64,000 nucleotides of DNA from an uncultured Verrucomicrobiota bacterium (GCA_903907995.1 CAIVQH010000046.1:212396-276395); one strand, 5' to 3'; shown: positions 17,674-28,968, numbered from the stretch's first letter. Notes: generated by a model from the letters alone, not told the origin. Translations and numbers: made by a program.

Positions 17674-19965
17674 ATGAGCACGGCCTCTTCCACCTTCACC
17701 GCTGTCCTGACCGGCAACCCAAATTGCGGGAAGACCACGCTCTTCAACGCGCTCACCGGGTTGCGCGCCCGGGTCGGCAACTACGCAGGCGTCACGGTCG
17801 AGCGTAAGGAGGGGGCGATGCTCGGTGCGAACGCGGCGCATCCGGTCACGCTGCTCGATCTGCCGGGCACCTACTCGCTCAGCCCCCAATCGCTCGATGA
17901 GCAGATCGCGCGCGATGTGTTGTTCCAGCGCTTGGCCGACGTCCCCGAGCCCAGCCTCGTCATCGTGGTCGTGGACGCCTCGAACCTGCAGCGCAACCTC
18001 TACTACGCCACGCAGGTCATCGAGCTCGGCCATCCGACCTTCCTGGCGTTGAACATGGTCGATGTAGCCCGCGCCAACGGCCACGAGATCGACCTTGAAA
18101 GCCTGTCCACCGCCCTGGGTGTGCCCGTGTTCCCCCTAGTCGCCAGCGAGAACGAGGGGATCACGGAGCTGAAGGAAGCAGTAAACCGGGCGGCCAGTAA
18201 GCCAGCCGGCCAGAAAGCCAGCGGGCCAGCGACGTCCGGTGCCGAGTCTGGCTTACTGGCTCACTCCCCTGCTGGCTTACTGGCTGACTCGCTCAGCGAG
18301 CCGCGTTCTTTTCAGGAGCTTCCGGAAAATTTCGGCCACGAGGCGCAGGTCATCGAGGAGATGCTGGAGAAGTTTTTCCCGCACCGAGAACGGCTGGCCT
18401 CTGCCGAGGCGCTGCTCATCCTGAGCGACGACAAGGTGCTGAACGCGCAGCCGGATCTCTATCCCGCCGCGATTCGCGAGGCGGTCACGGCGGCGCGTGC
18501 GCGGTTGGAGGCCGCGGGCGTGGATTGGCGCAGCGCGGCCATTGAGGCGCGTTATGCGCGCGTGTTCGCCATCGCCCAGCACGTCACCACGGAGACGGTC
18601 GTCGAGGGCGAAAATTTTTCGGACCGGCTCGACCGCATCCTGACCCACCGCGTGTGGGGTCTGCTCATTTTCATCGGCATCATGGTGACGATGTTCGTCT
18701 CCATCTTCTTCTTCGCGCAGCTGCCGATGGACGCGCTCGATGCCGGCGTGGGCTGGCTCGCCAGCCATGTCAGCGCCGCCCTCGGCCAGGGCGATCTGCA
18801 GGATCTGGTGGCCAACGGCATCATCAAGGGCGTCGGAGCGGTCGTGGTGTTCCTGCCGCAGATCTGCCTGCTGTTCATGTTCATCTCGCTGCTGGAGGAT
18901 ACCGGCTACATGGCCCGCGCCGCGTTCCTGATGGACCGCCTGATGTCGCGCGTGGGCCTGCATGGCAAGAGCTTCATCCCGATGCTCTCGTCGTTTGCGT
19001 GCGCGATCCCCGGCATCATGGCGACGCGGACTATCGAGTCACCCAAGGACCGCCTGGTGACCATCCTCATCGCCCCGCTGATGAGCTGCTCCGCGCGCCT
19101 GCCGGTTTACACGGTGCTCATCGCGGCGACCATCGGTGGCGGCGCCCTGCGACGCGGGCTGACAATGACCGCGATGTATCTGCTCGGCATCGTGGGCGCG
19201 CTGGGCATGGCGTGGCTCTTCAAGCGCACCCTGCTGAAGGGCGAGCCGCCGCCACTCATCCTGGAACTGCCCCCCTACAAGCGTCCCGTGCTGAAGGTCG
19301 TGCTGCGCCACATGTGGGACCGCTCGAAACTCTTCCTCCGGCGCGCCGGCACGGTGATTCTGGGCATCAACATCCTGCTCTGGTTCCTGGTGACGTATCC
19401 GAAGTCCCCGGAGGTTGCGCAACGCTACGCCCAGCAGCGCGCGATGTTCGAGAGTTCCGCGTTCGTGAACGACGAACAACGGAAAGCCCATGACGAGGCT
19501 GCCGACCAGCTCGCGAAAGAAGAGTCAGGCGAACTGCTCCGTCACAGCTTTGCCGGCCGGCTCGGCCACGCGATTGAACCGGTGATCCGGCCGCTCGGCT
19601 TCGACTGGAAGATCGGCATCGGCATCGTCGCCTCGTTTGCGGCGCGGGAGGTGTTCGTGAGCACGATGTCGGTGGTTTATAATGTCGGCGAGGTGGACGC
19701 AAAGGATTCCACCGCCACCGCCGGACTGGCCGGCGTCATGCAGAAGGAGCGGCGGGCTGACGGCACTCCGGTTTACACCGCGCTGACCGGCATCACGCTG
19801 ATGGTCTTTTACGTCTTCGCCATGCAATGCGTCAGCACCGTGGCCATCGTGCGGCGGGAGACGAACTCCTGGAAGTGGCCGGCCTTCCAGTTTGCCTACA
19901 TGACGGGACTCGCCTGGGTGCTGGCTTTGGTCTGCCATCTGGGTGGGCGCCTGCTCGGGTTCTGA
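17674..19965 (+). CDS. feoB: ferrous iron transporter FeoB
   Basis: N-terminal G-domain GNPNCGKTTLFNALTG, DLPGTYSL; large polytopic C-terminal permease; 763 aa. Confidence 0.9.
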   Translation: MSTASSTFTAVLTGNPNCGKTTLFNALTGLRARVGNYAGVTVERKEGAMLGANAAHPVTLLDLPGTYSLSPQSLDEQIARDVLFQRLADVPEPSLVIVVVDASNLQRNLYYATQVIELGHPTFLALNMVDVARANGHEIDLESLSTALGVPVFPLVASENEGITELKEAVNRAASKPAGQKASGPATSGAESGLLAHSPAGLLADSLSEPRSFQELPENFGHEAQVIEEMLEKFFPHRERLASAEALLILSDDKVLNAQPDLYPAAIREAVTAARARLEAAGVDWRSAAIEARYARVFAIAQHVTTETVVEGENFSDRLDRILTHRVWGLLIFIGIMVTMFVSIFFFAQLPMDALDAGVGWLASHVSAALGQGDLQDLVANGIIKGVGAVVVFLPQICLLFMFISLLEDTGYMARAAFLMDRLMSRVGLHGKSFIPMLSSFACAIPGIMATRTIESPKDRLVTILIAPLMSCSARLPVYTVLIAATIGGGALRRGLTMTAMYLLGIVGALGMAWLFKRTLLKGEPPPLILELPPYKRPVLKVVLRHMWDRSKLFLRRAGTVILGINILLWFLVTYPKSPEVAQRYAQQRAMFESSAFVNDEQRKAHDEAADQLAKEESGELLRHSFAGRLGHAIEPVIRPLGFDWKIGIGIVASFAAREVFVSTMSVVYNVGEVDAKDSTATAGLAGVMQKERRADGTPVYTALTGITLMVFYVFAMQCVSTVAIVRRETNSWKWPAFQFAYMTGLAWVLALVCHLGGRLLGF

Positions 19966-20077
19966 TGAGCCCAAAAACCTGGCCGGAGCGCCGGTCTCCG
20001 ACCCGGCGCGGATAAGATCGAAAACGCAACCACGCGCCGGATCGGAGATCGGCGCTCCTAACAGGAACAGCCAGCGC

Positions 20078-21688
20078 TCAGTAATCCTGCTTTTTGTTCA
20101 TGAGAGGCGAGCTGTACTGGCCCTTCTGTCCCGGCGTGTTGATCCGCGGCGGGGCGTCGATCGGCGGCCCCTGAAACTGCGGCTGCATCTGGCCCGGCTG
20201 CTGGCCGCCAGGCTGCTGCCCGGATTTCTGCGCCTGGTCGGCCAGCTTCTGGCGCACGCCGTCGAGCTTCTTGCCCACCTGTTCCGCCTTTTCGGAGGTC
20301 TTTTCGGAGGGACTCAGGGACTGCAGTTCGTCGAGCGCCTGCTCCGCCCCTTCGAGCCGGGCGGCCTGGGCTTCGAGCGACTCCTGACCTTTCGGGTCCT
20401 GCATCAGCTTGTCCGCCAGCTTGTCGAGGACCTTCTCGAGCGCTTCCTGCGTCTTGGCAGCCTTCTGCGGCAGCCGCGCCTCCTTCGGTTGCAGCTCGGT
20501 CGCCTGTTGATAGAAATCCAGTGATTGGCTCAGATTCTGGGCCTGCTGCTCCAGATTGGCCTGCTGGCTCTGCTGCACCAGCTCATCCGCCCGGTCCTCC
20601 ATGACCGCGGCGAGCCGGCGGTTCACCTCCGCCAGAGTTTCCTTCGCCTGCTGGTGGTCTGGTATCTTGTCGAGCGCCTTTTCTACCTGCTCCTTGGCCA
20701 TGCGCAGCACGGCCAGCTTTTCACTGGGCCAGGGCAGCCGCTCCTCCTGCGCCATCAGCTCGCGCGCGTGCCGTTCAAAGGCGTCGGCCATGCGGCGGCG
20801 CGCCTCTTCGAGGGCCTTCTCAATGGGCTGGTCCTGCGGCTCCAGCGTGTGCGCGTCTTCGAGCATGGCGACGCCCTCCTCAATCTGCTTGAAGTCGGGA
20901 TGCGGGATCGGCGCCTCGTACGGCTTGGGGCCGACCAGCTGCTGCGTCTGGGACTTGCGGGTGCCTTCCTTGGCCAGGGCCTGCGCCAGGGCGTCGCGGG
21001 ACTGCGCCTCGCCGCCGGACGCATCCTGGTTTTCGGGCGCAACCTCCTTGGCGTCGGTGTATTTGTCGAAGGCGTTGCGCAGCTTCTCGATGGCGGCGGC
21101 AGGCGGCTGGTTGGTCTGAAGGCCGGCCTGCAGGTTTTTCTTCGCGTCGTCGAGGAGCAGCGTGAGGAGCTGCTTTCGCACGAAGTCAAAATTTGCCTCG
21201 GCTTTGGGGTCCTGCTCGGCCTTCAGCGCCTCGGCGTAGAGGCGGACGGATTCCTTCCAGTGCGAGATCGTGTCGTCGAGATTGGCCGACTTGGCCGCCA
21301 GACCGACCCGGAACTCCGCGTTGCCCTTCTGGAATTTCGCCCGCCGGGCCAGCGCCGGTTTGCCGAGCGACTCCGCGCGGTCCAACGAGAGCAGCGCATC
21401 GTCGTACCGGCCTGCCACGTAGGCCGCCACGCCGTGATCGTAGAGCAGCCGCGCGTTGTCGGGATCCTTTTCAAGCGCCGCCGAAAGCTGGTCCGCCGCC
21501 TCTTCGGCCTTCCCTGAGCTGACCAGGTTTTGCAGCGGCACGATGTCGAGCGGTGCGGCCTGGGAAAGCTCCAAGGGCCAAGCTCCAAGCACCAGTGAAA
21601 CTCCAAGCAACAACCGGCACGAAATCCCCCGAAGCTCTCCATTTGTACTGGGAGCTTGGAGTTTGGGATTTCTTTGGCGCTTGTTCAT
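20078..21688 (-). CDS. secreted TPR/coiled-coil protein, last gene of the Bat operon (BatC/BatD-like)
   Basis: Signal peptide, N-terminal TPR-like repeats (AEEAADQLSAALEKDPDNARLLYDHGVAAYVAGRYDDALLS...), long charged coiled coil, Q/P/G-rich tail. Confidence 0.55.
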   Translation of the reverse strand: MNKRQRNPKLQAPSTNGELRGISCRLLLGVSLVLGAWPLELSQAAPLDIVPLQNLVSSGKAEEAADQLSAALEKDPDNARLLYDHGVAAYVAGRYDDALLSLDRAESLGKPALARRAKFQKGNAEFRVGLAAKSANLDDTISHWKESVRLYAEALKAEQDPKAEANFDFVRKQLLTLLLDDAKKNLQAGLQTNQPPAAAIEKLRNAFDKYTDAKEVAPENQDASGGEAQSRDALAQALAKEGTRKSQTQQLVGPKPYEAPIPHPDFKQIEEGVAMLEDAHTLEPQDQPIEKALEEARRRMADAFERHARELMAQEERLPWPSEKLAVLRMAKEQVEKALDKIPDHQQAKETLAEVNRRLAAVMEDRADELVQQSQQANLEQQAQNLSQSLDFYQQATELQPKEARLPQKAAKTQEALEKVLDKLADKLMQDPKGQESLEAQAARLEGAEQALDELQSLSPSEKTSEKAEQVGKKLDGVRQKLADQAQKSGQQPGGQQPGQMQPQFQGPPIDAPPRINTPGQKGQYSSPLMNKKQDY

Positions 21689-21713
21689 TGGAACTTGGAG
21701 CTTCTACCCACGA

Positions 21714-22757
21714 TTACTCCGTAGCCGCCCGCACCGCAATGGCCGGCAGTTTCCGCGTCGTCGCAAAACGGTCCGCCCCCAGCAGCACCTTCGCCAGCAG
21801 GCACAGGAGCGCCAGGGCGAGCGGCGCCTGATACAGCTCGGCGTAGTTCTTCAGGTCCTCGTGCGCCGCCGCCTCGGCCATCGGCGTCAGGATCTCGGAC
21901 CGAAGTTTCTCGAGCGCCTCGCCCGCCTCGTCGAGCCGGTAGTAGCTGCCCCCGGCGGCGGCGGCGAGCCGTTGCAGATTGCTCTCGTTCAGCCGCGAGG
22001 TGACTTCCTGGCCGAACGTGTTCTTGGCGACGCCGCCATAGTAACGGTTCACCGGCACCCGCGCGCCGCCCGGCGTGCCCACACCCACGGTGCAGATGCG
22101 GACCTGCTGCTGCCGGTGGATGCGTCGCGCGACATCCACCGGATTGCCAACGAGGTCCTCGCCGTCCGAAACGATGATGACGAGCCGGGGAGCAACCTGG
22201 TTGCTCACGAAATATCGGCTGGCGCGCTCCAGAGCGGAGGCGAGCGAACTGCCGGGATCTTCGAGCACGTTGGGATCGAGGTAGCGCAGCGTCGTCCGCA
22301 GCGCCGTGGTGTCGAAGGTGAGCGGCGCGTTCAGATAGGCCACGCCGCTGAAGCTGATCAGGCCGATCCGGTCGGCCTTGGTGTTTTCCAGAAAACGGTC
22401 GAGCGCATTGGTCGCCACCGCCCAACGGCTGGGGCGGACATCCGTCGCCATCATCGAGCGCGAGGCGTCCAGCGCCACGAGATAGGGCACGCCTTCCAGC
22501 TCGTTGGCCTCGGTGCGACGGTAAACCAGCGGCCGCGCGAGCGTCAGTCCGAGCATGATCAGGCCCAGGAGGGTGAGCAGCAGATCCAGCCGGCGACGCG
22601 AGGTGGAAAAATTCGGCTTCGCCCAGGCCCGGCCCGTGCCGCCGGCAAAGGTGGCCACCAGCCGTGCCTGCCGCCGCCGCGCCAACGCCAGCCCAAGCCA
22701 CAGCGCCCCCACGAACAGCGGGGTCAGATAGAGCAGGATGGGATGGGCGAATCTCAC
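21714..22757 (-). CDS. batB: BatB-like von Willebrand factor A (VWA) membrane protein
   Basis: GTG start overlapping the batA stop (GTGA); two N-terminal TM helices, then VWA: YLVALDASRSM...RIGLISFSG...VIIVSDGE. The track ORF carries a spurious 177-aa upstream extension. Confidence 0.75.
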   Translation of the reverse strand: MRFAHPILLYLTPLFVGALWLGLALARRRQARLVATFAGGTGRAWAKPNFSTSRRRLDLLLTLLGLIMLGLTLARPLVYRRTEANELEGVPYLVALDASRSMMATDVRPSRWAVATNALDRFLENTKADRIGLISFSGVAYLNAPLTFDTTALRTTLRYLDPNVLEDPGSSLASALERASRYFVSNQVAPRLVIIVSDGEDLVGNPVDVARRIHRQQQVRICTVGVGTPGGARVPVNRYYGGVAKNTFGQEVTSRLNESNLQRLAAAAGGSYYRLDEAGEALEKLRSEILTPMAEAAAHEDLKNYAELYQAPLALALLCLLAKVLLGADRFATTRKLPAIAVRAATE

Positions 22758-23719
22758 GGCAGCCTCCTTCGCAGCAGTTGCGTGCCCAGCAATCCGACCA
22801 GCCAAATGGCCGCCGCTGCCACCACGAACCACGGGAACAGCTCGCGCCACGACACGTAGCGCTTCTGCACCAGCTCGCGTTTCTCCAGCTGGTCGATGAG
22901 CTGGTAGATGCCGGTGAGCGCCCGCGCGTCGTTGGCCTGGAAGAACTGACCGCCAGTCATGCGGGCGACCTTGTTCAGCTCGTGGTTCGCCGCCATGGTC
23001 GGCGTCACCATCTCCGGTCCGATCAGGATTGTGTAAACCTTGATGTGCTCCCGCACCGGCAGCGGGGCCATCTCCAGCGGACGCGGCCCGGACGAATTTT
23101 CGCCGTCGGTGATGAGGATGATGACCTTGCTGCGGTTGCTGCTCTTCTTTAGGAAAGTGGTGCTGGCATTGATCGCCCAGCCGATGCCGGTGCCGGTCGC
23201 CAGCTCGGCCTCCCGCATCGCGTTCATCGCCCACTCGTGATCCAGCGTGAGCGGGCTGACCAGCCATGGCGTGCGGGCGAAGCAAACGATGCCGATGCGG
23301 TCATTCACGCGGCCCTTCACAAAATCGGTGGTGACGTGGACCAGCGCGTCCTTGCGGCTGACGCGGTGGCCGTTCAGCCGGAAATCCGTCTCCGCCATGG
23401 AGCGCGAGTAGTCCAGGGCCAGCATGATGTCGATGCCCTTGCTCGGGTCGGGAATGTCACCCCGGGGCAGTCGTGGCCGCGCCAGCGCCACGATGATGAG
23501 CGCCAGCGGCAGCAGCAGCCCGAACCACCGCCACGCTCCGGAATGCCGGCTCGCCGGCGTCCCCAACTGCGCGATGCCGCGCAGCGTCGGCACCGGTACC
23601 GAGGGCAGCGGACCGCGCCGGCCCAATCGCCACGCAAGCACGGGCAGGAGGAGCAACCCGAGCAGGACCCACGGATTCAGGAATTCCAATCCACCGAGGA
23701 GGGCCAATGACAGCGTCAT
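22754..23719 (-). CDS. batA: BatA-like VWA membrane protein
   Basis: MTLSLALLGGLEFLNPWVLLGLLLLPVLAW...IDIMLALDYSRSM...RIGIVCFAR...VIILITDGENS. Confidence 0.8.
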   Translation of the reverse strand: MTLSLALLGGLEFLNPWVLLGLLLLPVLAWRLGRRGPLPSVPVPTLRGIAQLGTPASRHSGAWRWFGLLLPLALIIVALARPRLPRGDIPDPSKGIDIMLALDYSRSMAETDFRLNGHRVSRKDALVHVTTDFVKGRVNDRIGIVCFARTPWLVSPLTLDHEWAMNAMREAELATGTGIGWAINASTTFLKKSSNRSKVIILITDGENSSGPRPLEMAPLPVREHIKVYTILIGPEMVTPTMAANHELNKVARMTGGQFFQANDARALTGIYQLIDQLEKRELVQKRYVSWRELFPWFVVAAAAIWLVGLLGTQLLRRRLP

Positions 23720-24243
23720 ACAGCGGCTCCTTTCGGCGTGGATCCCTGCCGGATGAATGCCTCGGCCGTGTCGAGAAGATGATCCTGCTCGGCGAGATCG
23801 GCCCCGCGCCGCGCAAATTTCACGAGGTCACAGAAACTGAGAAACGCGCCGAGCGCCTTGCGTTGTGTCTCCGCCAGGGCGGTGTTCTGTCGCGCCGATT
23901 CCAAAAATTCCCGTGTGGTCTGAAAGCGGATCGCCAGCTGGAAACGCCATTCCAGATAATCGCGCAGGATGTCGGAGCAACCCACCGCCAGATCGTAGGC
24001 GGAAAGCTGCGCCCGCCGGCTGCGAAGTTCGGCCAGACGCCGCAAAAACTCGGGATGCAAATCAGGCTGCAGCGGCGGCGGGCTCAGCGCCACGATCTCA
24101 CGGCGGAAAACGCGGCGCAGCATCCAGACCAGAAAAACCAGCGCCACCAGCGCCAGCACGAAGCCGGTGATGGCCCCGGGTGACTGCCACCAGGGCGGCA
24201 GCGGCACGAGCGTCAGGTCGTCGATGAGGTTCGTGCGGTTCAT
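23716..24243 (-). CDS. DUF4381-like membrane protein of the Bat operon
   Basis: ATG at 24243 overlaps the DUF58 stop (ATGA) and its own stop overlaps the batA ATG; single TM (ITGFVLALVALVFLVWML) then helical domain. Confidence 0.55.
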   Translation of the reverse strand: MNRTNLIDDLTLVPLPPWWQSPGAITGFVLALVALVFLVWMLRRVFRREIVALSPPPLQPDLHPEFLRRLAELRSRRAQLSAYDLAVGCSDILRDYLEWRFQLAIRFQTTREFLESARQNTALAETQRKALGAFLSFCDLVKFARRGADLAEQDHLLDTAEAFIRQGSTPKGAAV

Positions 24244-25157
24244 GCCACGCGACGCTTCGCCGCCTGATCGAGAAATTTCTGCAGCCGCTGGGGCCACGCG
24301 GATTCCCGGGTGTCGGTGCGGAGATCAAGTTCCGGCACGCCGCTCAGGCGGCAGAACACCTTCAGCTCCGCCAGCCGCTCTTCCCCGGCCGCGGCGTAGG
24401 CGGCCCGCACCTCGGGATCGCTGGTCTCCAGCTCGATCACCTCGCCCGTCTCGGAGTCCTGCACGAGCGCGAGTCCGACATCGGGCAGCTCCAGCTCGCG
24501 CTGGTCCACGGTGCGGAGGGCGATCATCTCGTGCCGCTGGTTGCTGGCCCGCAACGCCCGCCGCCACGCGGCCTCGTCATGGTCGTGGAAGTCGGACAGC
24601 ACGAACACGAGCGCGGAGCGGTGCAGCAGGTTGTTCAGGAAATTCAGCGCGGCATTCAATGAGGTGCCGGAAGATTTCGGCTCGGTGAAGAGGAGTTCGT
24701 GCAGCAGGCGCGTGACGTGGGCGCGCGATTTCTTGGGTGGCACGAAGCGCTCGATGCGGTCGCTGAACAGGATCATGCCCACGCGGTCGCCGTCGCGGAT
24801 GGCGCTGAAGGCGAGCGCGCCGGCGAGCACAGCGGCGAGCTCGCGCTTCGTGTCCGCCTGGGCATCGCCGCCGGGTGCGGTACCGAAGTGGCCGCTGGCC
24901 GAAACATCCACCAGCAGCATGACCACCAGCTCGCGCTCCTCGATGTGGCGCTTGATGTACGGCTTCCGCAGCCGCGCGGTGACGTTCCAGTCAATGCGCC
25001 GCACGTCGTCGCCGGGCACATATTCTCGGACGTCGGCAAAATCCATCCCGCGCCCCTTGAAAACGCTGGTGAGCCGCCCGCCCATGAGCTGCTCGCTCAC
25101 GATCCGCGCACGGACTTCGACCTGCCGGAGGCGTTTGAGATAGTCGGGGGGGAGCAT
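24240..25157 (-). CDS. DUF58 (VWA-like) protein
   Basis: ADVREYVPGDDVRRIDWNVTARLRKPYIKRHIEERELVVMLLVDVSAS is the DUF58 signature region. Confidence 0.8.
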   Translation of the reverse strand: MLPPDYLKRLRQVEVRARIVSEQLMGGRLTSVFKGRGMDFADVREYVPGDDVRRIDWNVTARLRKPYIKRHIEERELVVMLLVDVSASGHFGTAPGGDAQADTKRELAAVLAGALAFSAIRDGDRVGMILFSDRIERFVPPKKSRAHVTRLLHELLFTEPKSSGTSLNAALNFLNNLLHRSALVFVLSDFHDHDEAAWRRALRASNQRHEMIALRTVDQRELELPDVGLALVQDSETGEVIELETSDPEVRAAYAAAGEERLAELKVFCRLSGVPELDLRTDTRESAWPQRLQKFLDQAAKRRVA

Positions 25158-25160
25158 TGA

Positions 25161-25652
25161 TCACTCCATCTTCCGGCGAATCCATAAGCGCAGGCGGTCC
25201 ACCGGATGGCCTCGCAGGGCCAGCAGCGCCCTGTCGGCATCCGGTCCACCATCCCCGTAGCGGGCGACGATGTCGGTGAGCATCCGACGGCTCTGTTCCG
25301 GATCGGGCACCGGCACGCCTCCCGCCTCCTTCACATACTGAACACCGGCGAGGATCTGGTCGTAACGACCCGCGGCGGATTTCGGCAGCAGGAACTTCTT
25401 CTCGGTCCCCTTCGCATCCGTCAGGGCAATACCGATCGCGCCGCCCTCGGCCCCGTAGTAGTCGATTGAGACCTTGCGGTAAGGTTCCTGCAATCCCTGC
25501 AAATCCGCGGAGACCTTGGCGGGATCGTACCGGCACGGCTCCCGCAGGGTGTAGTAAGTGAGCCCCGCCACGAGGAGGGCGAGCACGACCACGATGACGC
25601 GGATCTTGTTGCGGAGGCTCATGGCGCGCTTCGTGTTAGGGTGATCGGGCAA
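25161..25652 (-). CDS. hypothetical membrane-anchored protein inserted between moxR and DUF58
   Basis: 163-aa ORF (alternative start MSLRNKIRV at 25622), one N-terminal TM helix; no recognisable domain. Confidence 0.45.
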   Translation of the reverse strand: MPDHPNTKRAMSLRNKIRVIVVVLALLVAGLTYYTLREPCRYDPAKVSADLQGLQEPYRKVSIDYYGAEGGAIGIALTDAKGTEKKFLLPKSAAGRYDQILAGVQYVKEAGGVPVPDPEQSRRMLTDIVARYGDGGPDADRALLALRGHPVDRLRLWIRRKME

Positions 25653-25662
25653 CCCAGCCCCA

Positions 25663-26661
25663 TCACGGCACCTTCACCTTGCCCAGCAGCGTCTGGACGA
25701 TGCTGGCGGTCGTCACTTCCTCGGCCTCCGCCTCGTAGGTGAGCAGGATGCGGTGGCGGAGCACGTCGGGGGCGATAAGCTTGATGTCATCGGGGGTGAC
25801 GTGGTCACGCCCTTCCAGCAGCGCACAGGCGCGCGCGGCCAGGGTGAGATTGATCGTGGCGCGCGGGCTGGCGCCGATGCGCACGAGGCGCTTCAGCTCC
25901 GGGGCGACGCCCTGACCGGTGGCAGCCTCGCGGGTGGCGATAACCAGGCGCACGACGTAATCCTTCACCAGCGCATCCACGTGGATCTGGTTCACCAGCG
26001 ACTGGTAACCCAGAATCTCTTCCGGTGATACGACGGCATTGAGGGAAAGGTTCGGGGCCGTCGAGGCCATGCGGTCGAGGATGACCAGTTCCTCCGACGC
26101 GCTCGGGTAGCCGACGATGACCTTCAACATGAAGCGGTCCATCTGCGCCTCCGGCAGCGGATACGTGCCTTCCTGCTCGATGGGATTCTGCGTCGCCAGC
26201 ACGAGGAAGGGCTTGGGCAGCGCCCACGTCTGGTCACCGATCGTCACCTGTCGTTCCTGCATCGCCTCGAGCAGAGCCGACTGAACCTTGCTGGGGGCGC
26301 GGTTGATTTCGTCGGCCAGGACGAGGTTGGCAAAGATGGGGCCCTGGCGCGTCGAATATGTGCCCTTCAGCGGGTCGTAAATGAGCGAGCCGGTGATGTC
26401 GCCGGGCAGCAGGTCGGGCGTGAACTGGATGCGCGAGAACTGGCAGTGCGTGGCCTGCGCGAGCGCACTGACGCTGGCGGTCTTGGCCAGACCGGGCAGC
26501 CCCTCCAGCAGCACGTGGCCGCGCGCGACCAGCGAAACCAGGAGGCGGTGGATCAGTTCGCGCTGGCCGACAATGACCTTGCCGACCTCCGCACGGACAA
26601 GGGCGAGGTGTTCCGCGGCAGCCTTGAGCTGCGTGTTCAGTTCCGGGGACGAGTTGGACAT
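25663..26661 (-). CDS. moxR: MoxR-family AAA+ ATPase
   Basis: VIVGQRELIHRLLVSLVARGHVLLEGLPGLAKT (Walker A), ...LVLATQNPIEQEGTYPLPEAQMDRF (sensor/arginine-finger region); 332 aa. Confidence 0.9.
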   Translation of the reverse strand: MSNSSPELNTQLKAAAEHLALVRAEVGKVIVGQRELIHRLLVSLVARGHVLLEGLPGLAKTASVSALAQATHCQFSRIQFTPDLLPGDITGSLIYDPLKGTYSTRQGPIFANLVLADEINRAPSKVQSALLEAMQERQVTIGDQTWALPKPFLVLATQNPIEQEGTYPLPEAQMDRFMLKVIVGYPSASEELVILDRMASTAPNLSLNAVVSPEEILGYQSLVNQIHVDALVKDYVVRLVIATREAATGQGVAPELKRLVRIGASPRATINLTLAARACALLEGRDHVTPDDIKLIAPDVLRHRILLTYEAEAEEVTTASIVQTLLGKVKVP

Positions 26662-26716
26662 ACGTGTTGCCGACGGTCCGGCGGGCGCACAGCCAAGCAG
26701 GCGCAGGGCCGGGTAG

Positions 26717-28138
<1,422 letters not shown>

Positions 28139-28184
28139 GGAACCGCGGTTCGGCGCTAGGAGCGCCTCGCCAGCCATCAAGAAA

Positions 28185-28222
28185 CCGGAAGCCAGCAAAC
28201 TGGCTTCCGGTTTTTTGTTTTT
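28185..28222 (+). terminator. rho-independent terminator after eno
   Basis: ccggaagccag-caaa-ctggcttccgg followed by ttttttgttttt. Confidence 0.75.
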
Positions 28223-28374
28223 GCCCGCTCGCCGGGCCGGGGTCCCTCGGCCTCAATTCATCCCACTTAGGTGGTGTGCAGGTACATCAGCGACCTTCGG
28301 GCGGGGCTATAGGGGCAGTCGCAGATTCTTTGAACCTGGTGCGGGTTTCCAAACACTCTTGTCTTGGCCATCCG

Positions 28375-28968
28375 ATGGATACCCGCCCCCCACCATCACC
28401 GCCAGTCACGGAGCCCGAGCTGCGCGACCTGGACCGCTTGCAGGAGACCCTCTGGGTCGCCCAGGCCCGCGAGGGCGACGCCAATGCTTTCGCCTGCCTC
28501 GTGGCGCGGCACGAACGGCCGCTGTACTATTACCTGCGGCGTTTCATTCCGCAGCCCGAAGCCGCGCTCGACGCGTATCAGGATGTCTGGCTGGACGCCT
28601 TCCGCGGGCTGCGCCAGTTGCGCGCCCCGGAAGCGTTTCGTGCGTGGCTCTACCGGATCGCCCATGACAAGGCCATGCGAAGCCTCCGGCGGGAAATCCG
28701 GCATGAGCGCCAGACCGAACCGCTGGTTGAGGCCCACGAGGCGGTGGCTGAAGCCGCCGAGGAACCGCACGACGCCGAAGCGGTCCATCAGGCACTGAGC
28801 CGGTTGCCTCCGCTTTGGTGCGAGGTCCTGACCCTGCACTACCTTCGCGACCTGTCCCTAGAGGAGATGGCCGCGGTGATCGGCTGCCCGGTGGGCACCG
28901 TCAAATCCCGGCTCCACCACGCGCGCCTCTCCCTGCAACGCCTGCTTGAAAGAAACCGCCATGAATGA
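28375..28968 (+). CDS. ECF-family sigma factor
   Basis: ATG at 28375 (MDTRPPP...); region 2 AYQDVWLDAFRGL, region 4 LPPLWCEVLTLHYLRDLSLEEMAAVIGCPVGTVKSRLHHARLSL. Confidence 0.8.
   Translation: MDTRPPPSPPVTEPELRDLDRLQETLWVAQAREGDANAFACLVARHERPLYYYLRRFIPQPEAALDAYQDVWLDAFRGLRQLRAPEAFRAWLYRIAHDKAMRSLRREIRHERQTEPLVEAHEAVAEAAEEPHDAEAVHQALSRLPPLWCEVLTLHYLRDLSLEEMAAVIGCPVGTVKSRLHHARLSLQRLLERNRHE

Noticed and set aside
21456-23285. 467-aa + ORF, 338-aa - ORF, and the 177-aa N-terminal extension of the 523-aa ORF
   Set aside because: Junk composition. The true batB starts at a GTG at 22757 that overlaps the batA stop; upstream residues are homopolymeric Arg/Gly/His.
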